From an uncultured Chloroflexia bacterium (GTDB lineage: Bacteria > Chloroflexota > UBA6077 > JACCZL01), in assembly GCA_963765765.1 (NCBI GenBank), contig CAVXYC010000023.1:128001-192000 (forward strand): 64,000 bases of DNA, given 5' to 3'. The translations under genes and the position numbers were made by a program. Under the pieces are notes generated by a model that was not told where the DNA came from, searched no databases, and saw only the letters and a program-made list of their open reading frames with translations. Numbering within the stretch: position 1 is the stretch's first letter; each line of letters opens with the position of its first letter. This document shows, one piece after another, positions 29,668 to 38,812 of this stretch.

Positions 29668-30831
29668 ATGGACCGCGTCCTCATTTTCGATACCACGCTG
29701 CGCGACGGGGAGCAATCGCCGGGCGCGTCACTGACGTCCGAACAGAAACTCGAGATTGCGCATCAGCTTGCTCGTCTCGGTGTGGATATCATCGAGGCAG
29801 GCTTCCCGGCCGCTTCGCCTGATGACTTCGCCGCTGTGCAGCGGATTGCACGCGAAGTCAAAGGGCCGATCATCGCCGGCCTGGCGCGCGCCGTGCCTGA
29901 AGACATCGATCGCTGCTGGGAAGCCATCAAAGATGCCGAGCGACCGCGCATCCACACCTTCCTCTCCACATCCGATATTCATCTGGAGCGCCAGTTCCGG
30001 ATGACGCGCGATGAGGCGCAGAAGCAGGCCGTGGATATGGTCCAGCGCGCTAAGTCGTACACAAACGACGTCGAATTCAGTCCGATGGATGCAACGCGTT
30101 CCGACTGGGACTATCTCTACTCGGTGCTCGATTCGGTCGTAGAGGCCGGCGCGACCACACTGAACATCGCCGATACGGTTGGCTACGCCGTTCCGGACGA
30201 GTTTGGGGAGCTCATCGCGGGCATCTTCGGTCACGTCCGTAATTCGGACAAGATCACGGTCTCTGTGCACTGCCACAATGACCTTGGTCTTGCCGTAGCC
30301 AACTCGCTGGCCGCCGTGCGTGCGGGCGCACGCCAGATCGAGTGCTGCGTGAACGGAATCGGCGAACGGGCCGGCAATGCCGCGCTCGAAGAGATTGTCA
30401 TGGGGCTCACGATTCGGAGCGACACGTTCGGCGGTGTGGGACACAACATCGACGTTACGCAGCTTCATCCCACCAGTCAGATGGTTCGCGAGCTAACGGG
30501 CCTGATGGTGCAGCGCAACAAGGCGGTCGTGGGAGAGAATGCTTTCTCTCACGAGGCTGGCATTCACCAGGACGGCATGCTCAAGGATCGCGACACCTAC
30601 GAGATCATGCGCGCTGACGCCATCGGGTACGGTCAGACCAAACTCGTGCTCGGCAAGCACTCCGGTCGTCACGCTCTCCGCGTGCGCCTCGGAGAGTTGG
30701 GCTACACCCTCACGCCCGAGCAGCTCAAAGACTGCTTCGCGATGTTCAAAGATGTCGCCGACTACAAGAAGGAAGTAGACGACGATGATCTGAAGGGCAT
30801 TATGGGGCGGATGACGGTGAGCGCGGGCTGA
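29668..30831 (+). CDS. leuA: 2-isopropylmalate synthase, short form lacking the C-terminal regulatory domain
   Basis: '[13 protein letters not shown]', 'HCHNDLG', 'GERAGNA'; 387 aa. Confidence 0.9.
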   Translation: MDRVLIFDTTLRDGEQSPGASLTSEQKLEIAHQLARLGVDIIEAGFPAASPDDFAAVQRIAREVKGPIIAGLARAVPEDIDRCWEAIKDAERPRIHTFLSTSDIHLERQFRMTRDEAQKQAVDMVQRAKSYTNDVEFSPMDATRSDWDYLYSVLDSVVEAGATTLNIADTVGYAVPDEFGELIAGIFGHVRNSDKITVSVHCHNDLGLAVANSLAAVRAGARQIECCVNGIGERAGNAALEEIVMGLTIRSDTFGGVGHNIDVTQLHPTSQMVRELTGLMVQRNKAVVGENAFSHEAGIHQDGMLKDRDTYEIMRADAIGYGQTKLVLGKHSGRHALRVRLGELGYTLTPEQLKDCFAMFKDVADYKKEVDDDDLKGIMGRMTVSAG

Positions 30832-30853
30832 GGCCTTCAGGCATCAAGAGTTA

Positions 30854-30891
30854 TTCGGGGGTGGGGCGGATGTCCTGCCCCCGAGTTGTTT
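30854..30891 (+). terminator. Hairpin/possible intrinsic terminator after leuA
   Basis: 'ttcgggggtggggc ggat gtcctgcccccgag ttgttt'. Confidence 0.5.
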
Positions 30892-30935
30892 GGCGGAGAT
30901 GTGAAGCAAAAGGTCGATGTGATCCGCGAGAGTTA

Positions 30936-31031
30936 CCCTACCCCAGCCCTCCCCGTGCGCGGGGAGGGAGCCGGGTTCTCGATTTCTGAGTCTCCGGCCC
31001 CTCCCCGCGCACGGGGAGGGCTGGGGTAGGG
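30936..31031. repeat. REP-like palindromic doublet, family A, copy 3, abutting the DUF559 gene
   Basis: 'ccctaccccagccctccccgtgcgcggggaggg' and its inverse, ending 5 nt before ATG 31037. Confidence 0.9.
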
Positions 31032-31036
31032 CTCCG

Positions 31037-31447
31037 ATGAGAAATCAACGGCACAGGGCGCCTCCTATTACCTACCAACGAGCGCGCGAGCTTCGTAGGA
31101 ACATGTCCTCACCTGAGCGCATCCTCTGGAAGCTCCTTCGCGCCAATCAGCTTGGTGTGAAGTTTCGGCGCCAGTATCCGATAGGCCCCTACATCGCCGA
31201 TTTCTACTGCGCTGAAGCAGAGTTCATCATCGAAATAGACAGCAACACCGCCCACGGCACTGAAGTGGCAGAAAACCATGACAAGCGTCGAGACCAATAT
31301 ATGAGCAATCTCGGTCTGAGCGTATTGAGAATCCGAGCCAACGACATCTTCTACAACCTCGATGGCGTGATCGATACAATCAAGACTGCGTTACCTTATG
31401 AGCTGCGGGAACAAGAGGGGGAAGGGGCGATAGCAACATGGCAATGA
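31037..31447 (+). CDS. DUF559 (Vsr-like PD-(D/E)xK) endonuclease-domain protein
   Basis: 'RARELRRNMSSPERILWKLLR', 'KFRRQYPIGPYIADFYC', 'IEID', 'DKRRDQYM'. Confidence 0.9.
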   Translation: MRNQRHRAPPITYQRARELRRNMSSPERILWKLLRANQLGVKFRRQYPIGPYIADFYCAEAEFIIEIDSNTAHGTEVAENHDKRRDQYMSNLGLSVLRIRANDIFYNLDGVIDTIKTALPYELREQEGEGAIATWQ

Positions 31448-32703
31448 CAGCCGTCTCAAAAATCATCGCTGCCAGGTCTGGCCAGAAAGAGGTCGAGCCG
31501 GGGCAGTTCGTTTCGGCCAAGGTAGACCTGGTGATGTGCAACGACATCACAGCGCCGCTGGCGGTGCAGACCGTGAAGGACCTGGGCGTCAAGAAGGTCT
31601 TCGACAGGGAAAAGATCACCTTCGTCGAGTCGCATTACGTGCCTGCCAAGGACATCGCCTCGGCTATCAATGTGCAGCAGCTGCGCGAGTTCGTGAAGGA
31701 GCAGGACATCAAGTGGTTTTTCCCGAACGCTCGTGGCGGCATCGAGCATTCGCTGTTGCCTGAGGAAGGCGTGGTTGTTCCTGGGCAGCTCATCGTTGGC
31801 GCGGATTCGCATACGCCGACGTACGGCGCGCTCGGTAATTTCGCCGCGGGTTTCGGATCGACCGACGCGGGCGTTGCCATGGCGACGGGAGAGGTCTGGC
31901 TGCGTGTACCCGAGACGATCAAGGTCACCCTGACCGGGACCAAACACCCCTGGGTCGTTGGCAAGGACCTGGTGCTACGCGTCATTAGCGAGATCGGGGT
32001 CGAGGGCGCTAATTACCAGATGCTCGAGTACCACGGACCGATCCTGCAGCAGATATCGGTGGACGATCGACTCACAATCGCCAATATGGCTGCCGAGGCT
32101 CAAGCGAAGGGCGCATTCTTCCACGTGGACGACATCACGCGTGAGTACATCAAGGATCGGGCGAAATTCCCGGTCGAGATCTTCGAGAGCGATCCTGATG
32201 CGAATTACGTTCGCGAAGTCGAGATCGACGTGACCGGTATGGAGCCGCAGGTTGCTTTTCCGTACTCACCTGACAACGTGCATCCGTTGCGCGAGGCGCT
32301 GGGCGTGAAACCTGCTCAGGTCTTCATCGGCTCCTGCACCAACGCCCGCATCAGCGACATGCGAGTGGTCGCTTCGATCATGAGAGGCAAGAAGGTCCAC
32401 AACGACGTTCAGTGCATCGTCATTCCGGCTACTCAGGACATCTATAAGCAGGCGCTGAAAGAAGGCCTGATCGAGATCTTTGCCGACGCCGGCGCCGTTG
32501 TTGCGGCGGGCACCTGTGGCCCCTGCCTGGGCGGCTACATGGGTGTCATGGGCCCGAACGACGTGTGCATCTCCACCAGCAATCGTAACTTCCCGGGTCG
32601 CATGGGCCACAAGGACGCTCGCGTCTACCTGGCAAATCCGGCCGTTGCCGCGGCAGCCGCTGTGGCTGGCGAGATTGTCCCGCCGGAAAGCATTCAAGGC
32701 TAA
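31438..32703 (+). CDS. leuC: 3-isopropylmalate dehydratase large subunit (short LeuC/HacA type)
   Basis: 'GADSHT', 'FIGSCTN', 'CGPCLGG', 'STSNRNFPGRMG'. Confidence 0.92.
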   Translation: MAMTAVSKIIAARSGQKEVEPGQFVSAKVDLVMCNDITAPLAVQTVKDLGVKKVFDREKITFVESHYVPAKDIASAINVQQLREFVKEQDIKWFFPNARGGIEHSLLPEEGVVVPGQLIVGADSHTPTYGALGNFAAGFGSTDAGVAMATGEVWLRVPETIKVTLTGTKHPWVVGKDLVLRVISEIGVEGANYQMLEYHGPILQQISVDDRLTIANMAAEAQAKGAFFHVDDITREYIKDRAKFPVEIFESDPDANYVREVEIDVTGMEPQVAFPYSPDNVHPLREALGVKPAQVFIGSCTNARISDMRVVASIMRGKKVHNDVQCIVIPATQDIYKQALKEGLIEIFADAGAVVAAGTCGPCLGGYMGVMGPNDVCISTSNRNFPGRMGHKDARVYLANPAVAAAAAVAGEIVPPESIQG

Positions 32704-32706
32704 TTC

Positions 32707-32785
32707 GAGTGGTGAGTATTGAGTAATGAGTGATGAGTGGGACGGACCTGCTCATGACTCATCACTCATTACTCATCACTTCTCA
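32707..32785. repeat. Inverted heptamer-repeat element (TGAGTxx units)
   Basis: 'gagtggtgagtattgagtaatgagtgatgagt' ... 'actcatcactcattactcatcact' between leuC and leuD. Confidence 0.8.
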
Positions 32786-32801
32786 TGAGGAGAAGTAGAA
32801 A

Positions 32802-33302
32802 ATGAAGCACGTTGGTCGCGTCTGGTGGTTTGGTGAACACATCGACACCGACGTCATCATCCCGGCGCGCTATCTGACCAGCAACGACGAGAAGGAGCTG
32901 GCGCAACACTGCATGGAGACAGCCGATCCTGATTTCGCAAAGAACGTCCGGGAAGGCGATTTCATCGTTGCCGGACCGCTTTTCGGTATGGGCTCGTCGC
33001 GAGAGCATGCACCTATCGCTATCAAAGGTTGCGGCGTGCGGGCGGTCATCGCGCCCAGTTTTGCGCGTATCTTCCAGCGCAATTCGATCAACGTAGGCAT
33101 GCCCGTTCTAGAGTGCGACACGCTCTGGGAAGACGTGCAACAGGGCGACATGATCGAAGTGGACATGGACGAGGGCACGATCCTGCACCAGCGCACGGAG
33201 AAAGTCCACAAAGCGAGCCAATACCCCGAATTCTTGAAGGAGATCATCGCCGCGGGCGGTCTCGTCCCCTACACCCGCAAGAAGATCGAGGCCAGGGCGT
33301 GA
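32802..33302 (+). CDS. leuD: 3-isopropylmalate dehydratase small subunit
   Basis: 'IDTDVIIPARYL', 'FGMGSSREHAP', 'SFARIFQRNSIN'. Confidence 0.93.
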   Translation: MKHVGRVWWFGEHIDTDVIIPARYLTSNDEKELAQHCMETADPDFAKNVREGDFIVAGPLFGMGSSREHAPIAIKGCGVRAVIAPSFARIFQRNSINVGMPVLECDTLWEDVQQGDMIEVDMDEGTILHQRTEKVHKASQYPEFLKEIIAAGGLVPYTRKKIEARA

Positions 33303-34375
33303 CTGCCTTCAATATCGCCGTCCTCCCCGGGGACGGCGTTGGGCCTGAAGTGATGGCTGAGGCGCTCAAAGTACTCAAGGCCATCACCACTAAATACGGT
33401 CACACCTTCTCCGTGAAGGATGACCTGGTTGGTGGAGCCGGCATCGACGAGTTTGGGACGCCGCTGCGGCCTGAGACGGTGCAAATGTGCCGTGAGAGCG
33501 ACGCCGTGCTCATGGGTGCCGTGGGCGGCCCAAAGTGGGATGATCCCACCGCCGCAACCCGGCCCGAGGATGCAATCCTCGGGCTGCGCAAGCAGCTCGA
33601 GCTCTTTGCCAACCTGCGACCGGTCAAGCTGTTCGACCCGTTGCTGGGCTCATCGACTTTCAAGGAAGACGTGATCCGTGGTGTGGATCTCATCTTCGTG
33701 CGGGAGTCTACCGGGGGCACATACTTCGCCGAGCCCAAAAAAGTCTGGACGGAGAACGGCAAGCGCATTGGTGTGGATACCACCCAGTACGACGAGGACG
33801 AGATCGCCCGAGCCGTAAAGCTCGGCTTCGAGCTGGCGAGAGGTCGCCGCAAGAAGCTCGTCTCGGCGGACAAGGCCAATGTTATGGCCAGCTCTCGACT
33901 CTGGCGAACCGTGGCTACGGAAGTCTCCAAGGATTATCCGGACATCGAGTTCTCACACATGTACGCCGATGCCTGCGCCATGCACCTGGCTCGCCGGCCG
34001 AAGGACTTCGACGTCATTGTCACGGACAATCTATTCGGTGACGTGCTCTCCGATGAGGCATCGATGCTCGCCGGCTCGCTTGGCATGATGCCCTCGGCGA
34101 CGCTCGCAGCGGGCGGCAAATTCGGACTTTATGAGCCGATTCACGGCTCTGCGCCCGACATCGCGGGGAGGGGCATCGTCAATCCGTTGGCGATGATACT
34201 CACGACCGCGTTAATGCTGCGCATCTCGCTCGGCCTTGAGACCGAGGCCGCGGTCGTAGAGTCCGCCGTGGAGCGCGCGCTGTCCGGTGGCGCTCGGACC
34301 CCCGATATCGCGCAGCCTGGCGAAGCGACTCTTTCCACTAGCCAGATGGGCGACGCGGTGGTTGACAACATCTGA
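33299..34375 (+). CDS. leuB: 3-isopropylmalate dehydrogenase
   Basis: GTG start overlapping the leuD stop; 'LPGDGVGPEV', 'NLFGDVLSDEAS', 'YEPIHGSAPDIAG'. Confidence 0.95.
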   Translation: MTAFNIAVLPGDGVGPEVMAEALKVLKAITTKYGHTFSVKDDLVGGAGIDEFGTPLRPETVQMCRESDAVLMGAVGGPKWDDPTAATRPEDAILGLRKQLELFANLRPVKLFDPLLGSSTFKEDVIRGVDLIFVRESTGGTYFAEPKKVWTENGKRIGVDTTQYDEDEIARAVKLGFELARGRRKKLVSADKANVMASSRLWRTVATEVSKDYPDIEFSHMYADACAMHLARRPKDFDVIVTDNLFGDVLSDEASMLAGSLGMMPSATLAAGGKFGLYEPIHGSAPDIAGRGIVNPLAMILTTALMLRISLGLETEAAVVESAVERALSGGARTPDIAQPGEATLSTSQMGDAVVDNI

Positions 34376-34483
34376 AAACAGAGCCGCATCCCGTAAGGGT
34401 GTGGTTCTCCCGCGATCGCCCAATTGCGGGAATTACCCTCCGGCCGGGTTAGCCGGTTGGGAGGTGGTGCTTCGCGACGGCGA

Positions 34484-35344
34484 TCATCCGATCGCCAGTG
34501 CCGCCACTCCCAGCATCATGAGCGCGGAGCCGGCCAGGCGCTGAGCGGTCTGTCCTTCGGCGAGTAGCTTATGACCAAGAATGGCGCCAAAGAGAATGCC
34601 AATTTCGCGCATGGGCGCGACATAGGCCACGGGGCTGGTAATAAGCGCGGTGAGGACGAGCGTGTAGGCGAGTGCGATGAGCGCGCCAGCCACAATGGAT
34701 AGTTTCCAGAAGGCGGAGATCTCGACGCGGGCCCGCTTCCAATCGCGTAGCGCCCATGGGGTGCGGAAGAGTCCACAGGTCCCCATCAACACAGTAAAGT
34801 AGATGAGTGGCGGTACCCGTAGAGTACTCACGCCATGCTTGTCCCATACTGTGTAGGTCGCGATGATAGCTCCTGTGAGCAGCGCGTAGCCGACTGCCGC
34901 GCCATTCTTTGACTTAAGCAGCGTCCTTGGATCGCCCGTAAGACAGAGAACACCTAGCAAAATGCCTGCGATGCCGATCGTTGCCAAGATTGAAGGCCGT
35001 TCCCCAATGACCACGACGGACAGCACGACGGCTAGGAGCGGTCCGCTTCCCCGAGCAAGCGGGTAGACGAGTGAGAGATCGCCGGCACGATAGGCGCGAG
35101 CTAGTGCGGCAAAGTACCCTACATGGATCAGCCCGCTCACTGTGGGGTATATCAGAGATCCCGGGCTCGGCCACACCCCAGTGGCACTTGATTGGGCAAT
35201 CGCAAGCGGGGCAGTGACCACAGCGGCCGAGATCGTACACAGCCAGGGAAACAGGCGACTTTCGCTCGCGTTTTTGGCCAGCAGATTCCAGCTCGCGTGC
35301 GCCAATGCTGAGGTAAGCACCAGGGCCACCGCCAGAGGAGTCAT
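34484..35344 (-). CDS. EamA/DMT-family transporter
   Basis: About 10 TM segments; 'HASWNLLAK', 'DLSLVYPLARG'. Confidence 0.9.
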   Translation of the reverse strand: MTPLAVALVLTSALAHASWNLLAKNASESRLFPWLCTISAAVVTAPLAIAQSSATGVWPSPGSLIYPTVSGLIHVGYFAALARAYRAGDLSLVYPLARGSGPLLAVVLSVVVIGERPSILATIGIAGILLGVLCLTGDPRTLLKSKNGAAVGYALLTGAIIATYTVWDKHGVSTLRVPPLIYFTVLMGTCGLFRTPWALRDWKRARVEISAFWKLSIVAGALIALAYTLVLTALITSPVAYVAPMREIGILFGAILGHKLLAEGQTAQRLAGSALMMLGVAALAIG

Positions 35345-35388
35345 GCCGACGAGTCTAGCTCATGGTCAGCGAATCCAGTTGGAAACGT

Positions 35389-35483
35389 CGTGACGTTCCT
35401 TTAAGGGCGCCGTCTGAATATCTCCAACGGATATCGTCGTCTTGGATTCGGAGGTGGTGTCCGTAAAGGGACGCCACCTCCGA
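35389..35483. repeat. Degenerate REP-like doublet related to 37506..37598
   Basis: 'ggaggtggtgtccgtaaagggacgccacctcc' resembles 'aggtggcgcccgtgaagggacgccac'; decayed partner 'gtgacgttcctttaagggcgccgtc'. Confidence 0.55.
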
Positions 35484-35489
35484 CCTCTC

Positions 35490-36488
35490 CTATTGAGGCA
35501 GCAGGGCGTTGGTGAACGCCGCGGATCCATCCACTGTTTTCTGCATGAGCTGATTCTCGTACGCCCAGTTTGCGTAGCTCACCCAGCGCTCGGCGTTCTG
35601 GTATCCCCACCGACCATTCTCATCGATGAAATACGGCGCCAGTCGACCCATGCTCGCGCTCACCAGGTTGGCGTCCAGATCGGGCGCTTCCGCCAGCAGC
35701 ACTGCATTGGCCTGCGCATGGTCGGATACCGCGGCCTCGTAGCCGCGTTGCGTGGCGGTCAGGAAGCGTTGGATCGTCTCCGGCTTGTCGCGTATCGTGC
35801 GCTCACTGGAGATAAAGACGATGTTATACGTATCAGGCAGGCACCAGTCACTGAAGTGCATATAGTTCAGCTCGGTGCCGCCCATTTCCAGCTGAATTCC
35901 CTCCCACGTCCAGAGAAGCGACATGTAGTCAACGCGATCTGCGAGCAACGCCTGAGCGATGCCCTGGCCAACCGTCACCTCCTCAGCCTTGCTGGGGTCG
36001 GCGCCGTCGCACTGCATGATGGTGCGATTCTGTGCCTGGCTCTGCGGAACTCCGGCCGAGCCGTAGCGCTTTCCTTCGAAATGGAGTGGTCGAGTGATGC
36101 CGCTGGATTTTTTCGCGACAAATGCCCCCAGGTTATGCTGGACCAGCGCCGCTACGGACATCACAGGTATCTCCTGTGCTCGCCCAAACGTGACGGCAGA
36201 CTGGTAGCTGATGCCTAGCTCGGCCGTGCCGTTGGCAGTGAGCTTCGTTGCCGCGTTGACGTCCGATGGGGCCTCGATGCGTAGATCCAGCCCCGCCTCT
36301 TCGTACCAGCCGTTTGCTTTGGCCAGATAAATACCGGCGTGGTTCGTGTTGGGGAACCAGTCCAGCACGAGCGTGGCTGGGAGTGTCTGGCCTGCCGGCG
36401 CCGCGATCACTGGAACGGCTTGATTCCCAGGCATGACAGTTAGCGCGAGCAACGTGCTCGCGAGGGCGACGTTTCGAACCAATGTCAT
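35490..36488 (-). CDS. ABC substrate-binding protein, NMT1/THI5 (ThiY-like)
   Basis: 'LDWFPNTNHAGIYLA', 'GISYQ'; downstream of a TPP riboswitch. Confidence 0.9.
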   Translation of the reverse strand: MTLVRNVALASTLLALTVMPGNQAVPVIAAPAGQTLPATLVLDWFPNTNHAGIYLAKANGWYEEAGLDLRIEAPSDVNAATKLTANGTAELGISYQSAVTFGRAQEIPVMSVAALVQHNLGAFVAKKSSGITRPLHFEGKRYGSAGVPQSQAQNRTIMQCDGADPSKAEEVTVGQGIAQALLADRVDYMSLLWTWEGIQLEMGGTELNYMHFSDWCLPDTYNIVFISSERTIRDKPETIQRFLTATQRGYEAAVSDHAQANAVLLAEAPDLDANLVSASMGRLAPYFIDENGRWGYQNAERWVSYANWAYENQLMQKTVDGSAAFTNALLPQ

Positions 36489-36519
36489 AGGACCCCTCCA
36501 CTTCAGCTTCTATTCAAGG

Positions 36520-37362
36520 TCATTTACGGCCACCGACTTGCCGCCACGGAATGGCCAATCGCTCGATGCCAGCGATCAGCAAGAAGAATGCAATGCTCAA
36601 GACGGCACACAGGACGATCGCCGCGAACACGCGCTCGGTGAGCATTTGATCGGCGGCCCGAACCATGTAGATTCCAAGGCCGCGGCTGGCGCCTACCCAC
36701 TCGCCAACAACTGCGCCGATAACGCTGTACGTCACGGCGATGCGTGCACCCGAGAAAATGGACGGAAGTGCTCCGGGAATGCGCACGCGGCGCAGTACCT
36801 CTCGCTCGCTACCACCCATTGCGCGCACCAGGTTGGCGTAGTCCCGATCCACGCTCGCCAGCCCATCGATCGTGCTCACCACCATCGGAAAGAAGCAGAT
36901 CAGCGCGACGACCATGACCTTGGGGACGATGTCGTAGCCAAACCAGATCACTAACAGCGGCGCGATCGCAATGATTGGCACCGTTTGCGAACCAATCAGG
37001 GGCGGGTAGAGTACCCGTCGAGCAAGTGGCCAGGCGTCCATTGCGAACCCGAGTGAGATGCCAAGGATGGCCGCCACGATGAAGCCGATGGTCGCCTCCT
37101 GCACCGTGCGACCCACATGCATGGTGATGAGCTCGCGGTCCGCGACGATCGTGTTGGCCACGTCGAGTGGTGACGGCAGCAGCCATTTTGGTACGCCAGT
37201 TATCCCGACACCGATCTGCCACGCGGCGATCATGGCGACGATCAGCAACCCGGAAAGGCCGTATTCCGCGATGAACGAGCGGCGTGCCGGCTCTGTTGAG
37301 GCCTCCGGTGCTGTGCCAATGTTCGGCGGGGAATCCACGACCCGAGCGGCGTTGCCGATCAT
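36520..37362 (-). CDS. ABC permease (ThiX/SsuC-like)
   Basis: 'LLPSP', 'QTVPIIAIAPLLVIWFG', 'GAVVGEWVG'. Confidence 0.92.
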   Translation of the reverse strand: MIGNAARVVDSPPNIGTAPEASTEPARRSFIAEYGLSGLLIVAMIAAWQIGVGITGVPKWLLPSPLDVANTIVADRELITMHVGRTVQEATIGFIVAAILGISLGFAMDAWPLARRVLYPPLIGSQTVPIIAIAPLLVIWFGYDIVPKVMVVALICFFPMVVSTIDGLASVDRDYANLVRAMGGSEREVLRRVRIPGALPSIFSGARIAVTYSVIGAVVGEWVGASRGLGIYMVRAADQMLTERVFAAIVLCAVLSIAFFLLIAGIERLAIPWRQVGGRK

Positions 37363-37373
37363 CGGAGATATCC

Positions 37374-37473
37374 CGGTGCATGTAGTGAGCGCTTTAGCGC
37401 TTTTTCCCAGTGTCTCCGATCCCGGACTGCGGATATCCGCGAAAAAGCGCTAAAGCGCTCACTACATGCACCG
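37374..37473. repeat. GTAG-type REP doublet
   Basis: 33-nt perfect inverted arms 'cggtgcatGTAGtgagcgctttagcgctttttc'. Confidence 0.85.
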
Positions 37474-37505
37474 TGGCACGACCCGCTTGATCCGATGATC
37501 GGCGT

Positions 37506-37598
37506 GTAGTGGCGTCCCTTCACGGGCGCCACCTCGGGATCCAGGACAGCGACCACAACAGGGATATTCAGGTGGCGCCCGTGAAGGGACGCCACTAC
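37506..37598. repeat. Second GTAG-type REP doublet
   Basis: 'GTAGtggcgtcccttcacgggcgccacct' and its exact inverse. Confidence 0.85.
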
Positions 37599-37624
37599 GT
37601 CGGGGCTGCCAATTGGCCGCGGCA

Positions 37625-38401
37625 TTATGCGGCCGCCTCACCTGGGTTGCTCGATCGCAGCGCATCCAAAAGTTGCGCCTTGAGCTGCACGAGATGCGGC
37701 TCAGTCAGCAGGTGATAGTCGCGCGGGCGTGGGAGCTGCACCTCTAGCTCCAGCACCATGCGGCCCGGTCGGGGGCTCATGACGTAGACGCGATCCGAGA
37801 GAAAGAGTGCCTCGTCGATATCGTGCGTGACGAAGAGGATGGTGGGTCGAAGCTCATCCCAGAGGGAGAGCAGCCATTCCTGCATCGATTGTCGAGTCAG
37901 CGCGTCCAGTGCACCAAAAGGCTCGTCCAACAGCATTACGTCACGCCGGCAGAGCACGGTTCGCAGGAACGCCGCGCGCTGGCGCATACCGCCCGAGAGC
38001 TCTGCCGGATAGCGTCGCTCGAAGCCATCCAGGCCAAAACGATCGATTAGCGCCCGAGCCTCCATGCGCGCATTTGGCCGAGATACGCCCTGAATCTCCA
38101 GACCCAGCGTTGCGTTGTCGAGCACCGTCAGCCAGGGGAATAGCAAGTCCTTCTGTGGCATATATCCCACAAGCCCCGAGTGGCCGTTGGCGATACGGCC
38201 GTTGATGGAGATCTCGCCACGATCCGGACGATCGAGTCCCGCGATCAGGTTGAACAACGTGCTTTTGCCGCAGCCGGACGGGCCTACGACACTCACGAAC
38301 TCGTTGGGGGCTGCCACAAGCCTCACGCCGCCCAGGGCGTGGACGTGCGCGCCGCGGCCGGTGAAAGATTTATGCACGTCGCGTATTTCGAGCGCCGCCA
38401 C
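37625..38401 (-). CDS. ABC ATP-binding protein (ThiZ/SsuB-like)
   Basis: GTG start with RBS AGGAGG; 'GPSGCGKST', 'LSGGMRQR', 'LLDEPFGALD'. Confidence 0.93.
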   Translation of the reverse strand: MAALEIRDVHKSFTGRGAHVHALGGVRLVAAPNEFVSVVGPSGCGKSTLFNLIAGLDRPDRGEISINGRIANGHSGLVGYMPQKDLLFPWLTVLDNATLGLEIQGVSRPNARMEARALIDRFGLDGFERRYPAELSGGMRQRAAFLRTVLCRRDVMLLDEPFGALDALTRQSMQEWLLSLWDELRPTILFVTHDIDEALFLSDRVYVMSPRPGRMVLELEVQLPRPRDYHLLTEPHLVQLKAQLLDALRSSNPGEAAA

Positions 38402-38554
38402 CGTTGGTTCCTCCTTCTGGGCACAGCCAGTCAGTCCGTCGCGCGTGCGCGAACGCAAATGAGCGGCGGTTGCACCATGGCAACTGCCGCTCGAGGAGGA
38501 GATATGTCCAACGCACGACGCGACCACGCCAGTGGCCGACAGTCGTCCGCTGAG

Positions 38555-38665
38555 CCCGCTTCCCTACGCTCGTCTTCCGAGGGCTAGACCACTCGGCTTA
38601 TCGAGATCAGGTTCTATGAGTTGGTGGGCTTGACCCCGCCTCTCAGCTGCTCGCTCCCCCGCGGG
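38555..38665 (-). ncRNA. TPP riboswitch with an insertion in the P5 region
   Basis: Minus strand reads 'GGGGAG..CTGAGA..GAACCTGATCTCGATAA..GCGTAGGGAAGCGGG', upstream of thiamine-precursor ABC genes. Confidence 0.85.
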
Positions 38666-38812
38666 CGGAACGTCTGTTGTTGACATTACGATAGGAGGCG
38701 TAGACGCAGACGTCAAGTTTGCTTAGCTTTGCTGCCTCGCCGGGCCCCATGCTAGACTGCGTGTGCCCCTTGGTCACCTTTTCGGCGTTGAGCCTGATCG
38801 CGTAAGCAACGA

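Noticed and set aside
37467-38494. Imperfect 24-nt similarity between 37467-37490 and 38471-38494 (both translate as 'SSGSCHGA' on the minus strand)
   Set aside because: 18/24 identity in GC-rich DNA with only two copies is too weak to call a functional motif
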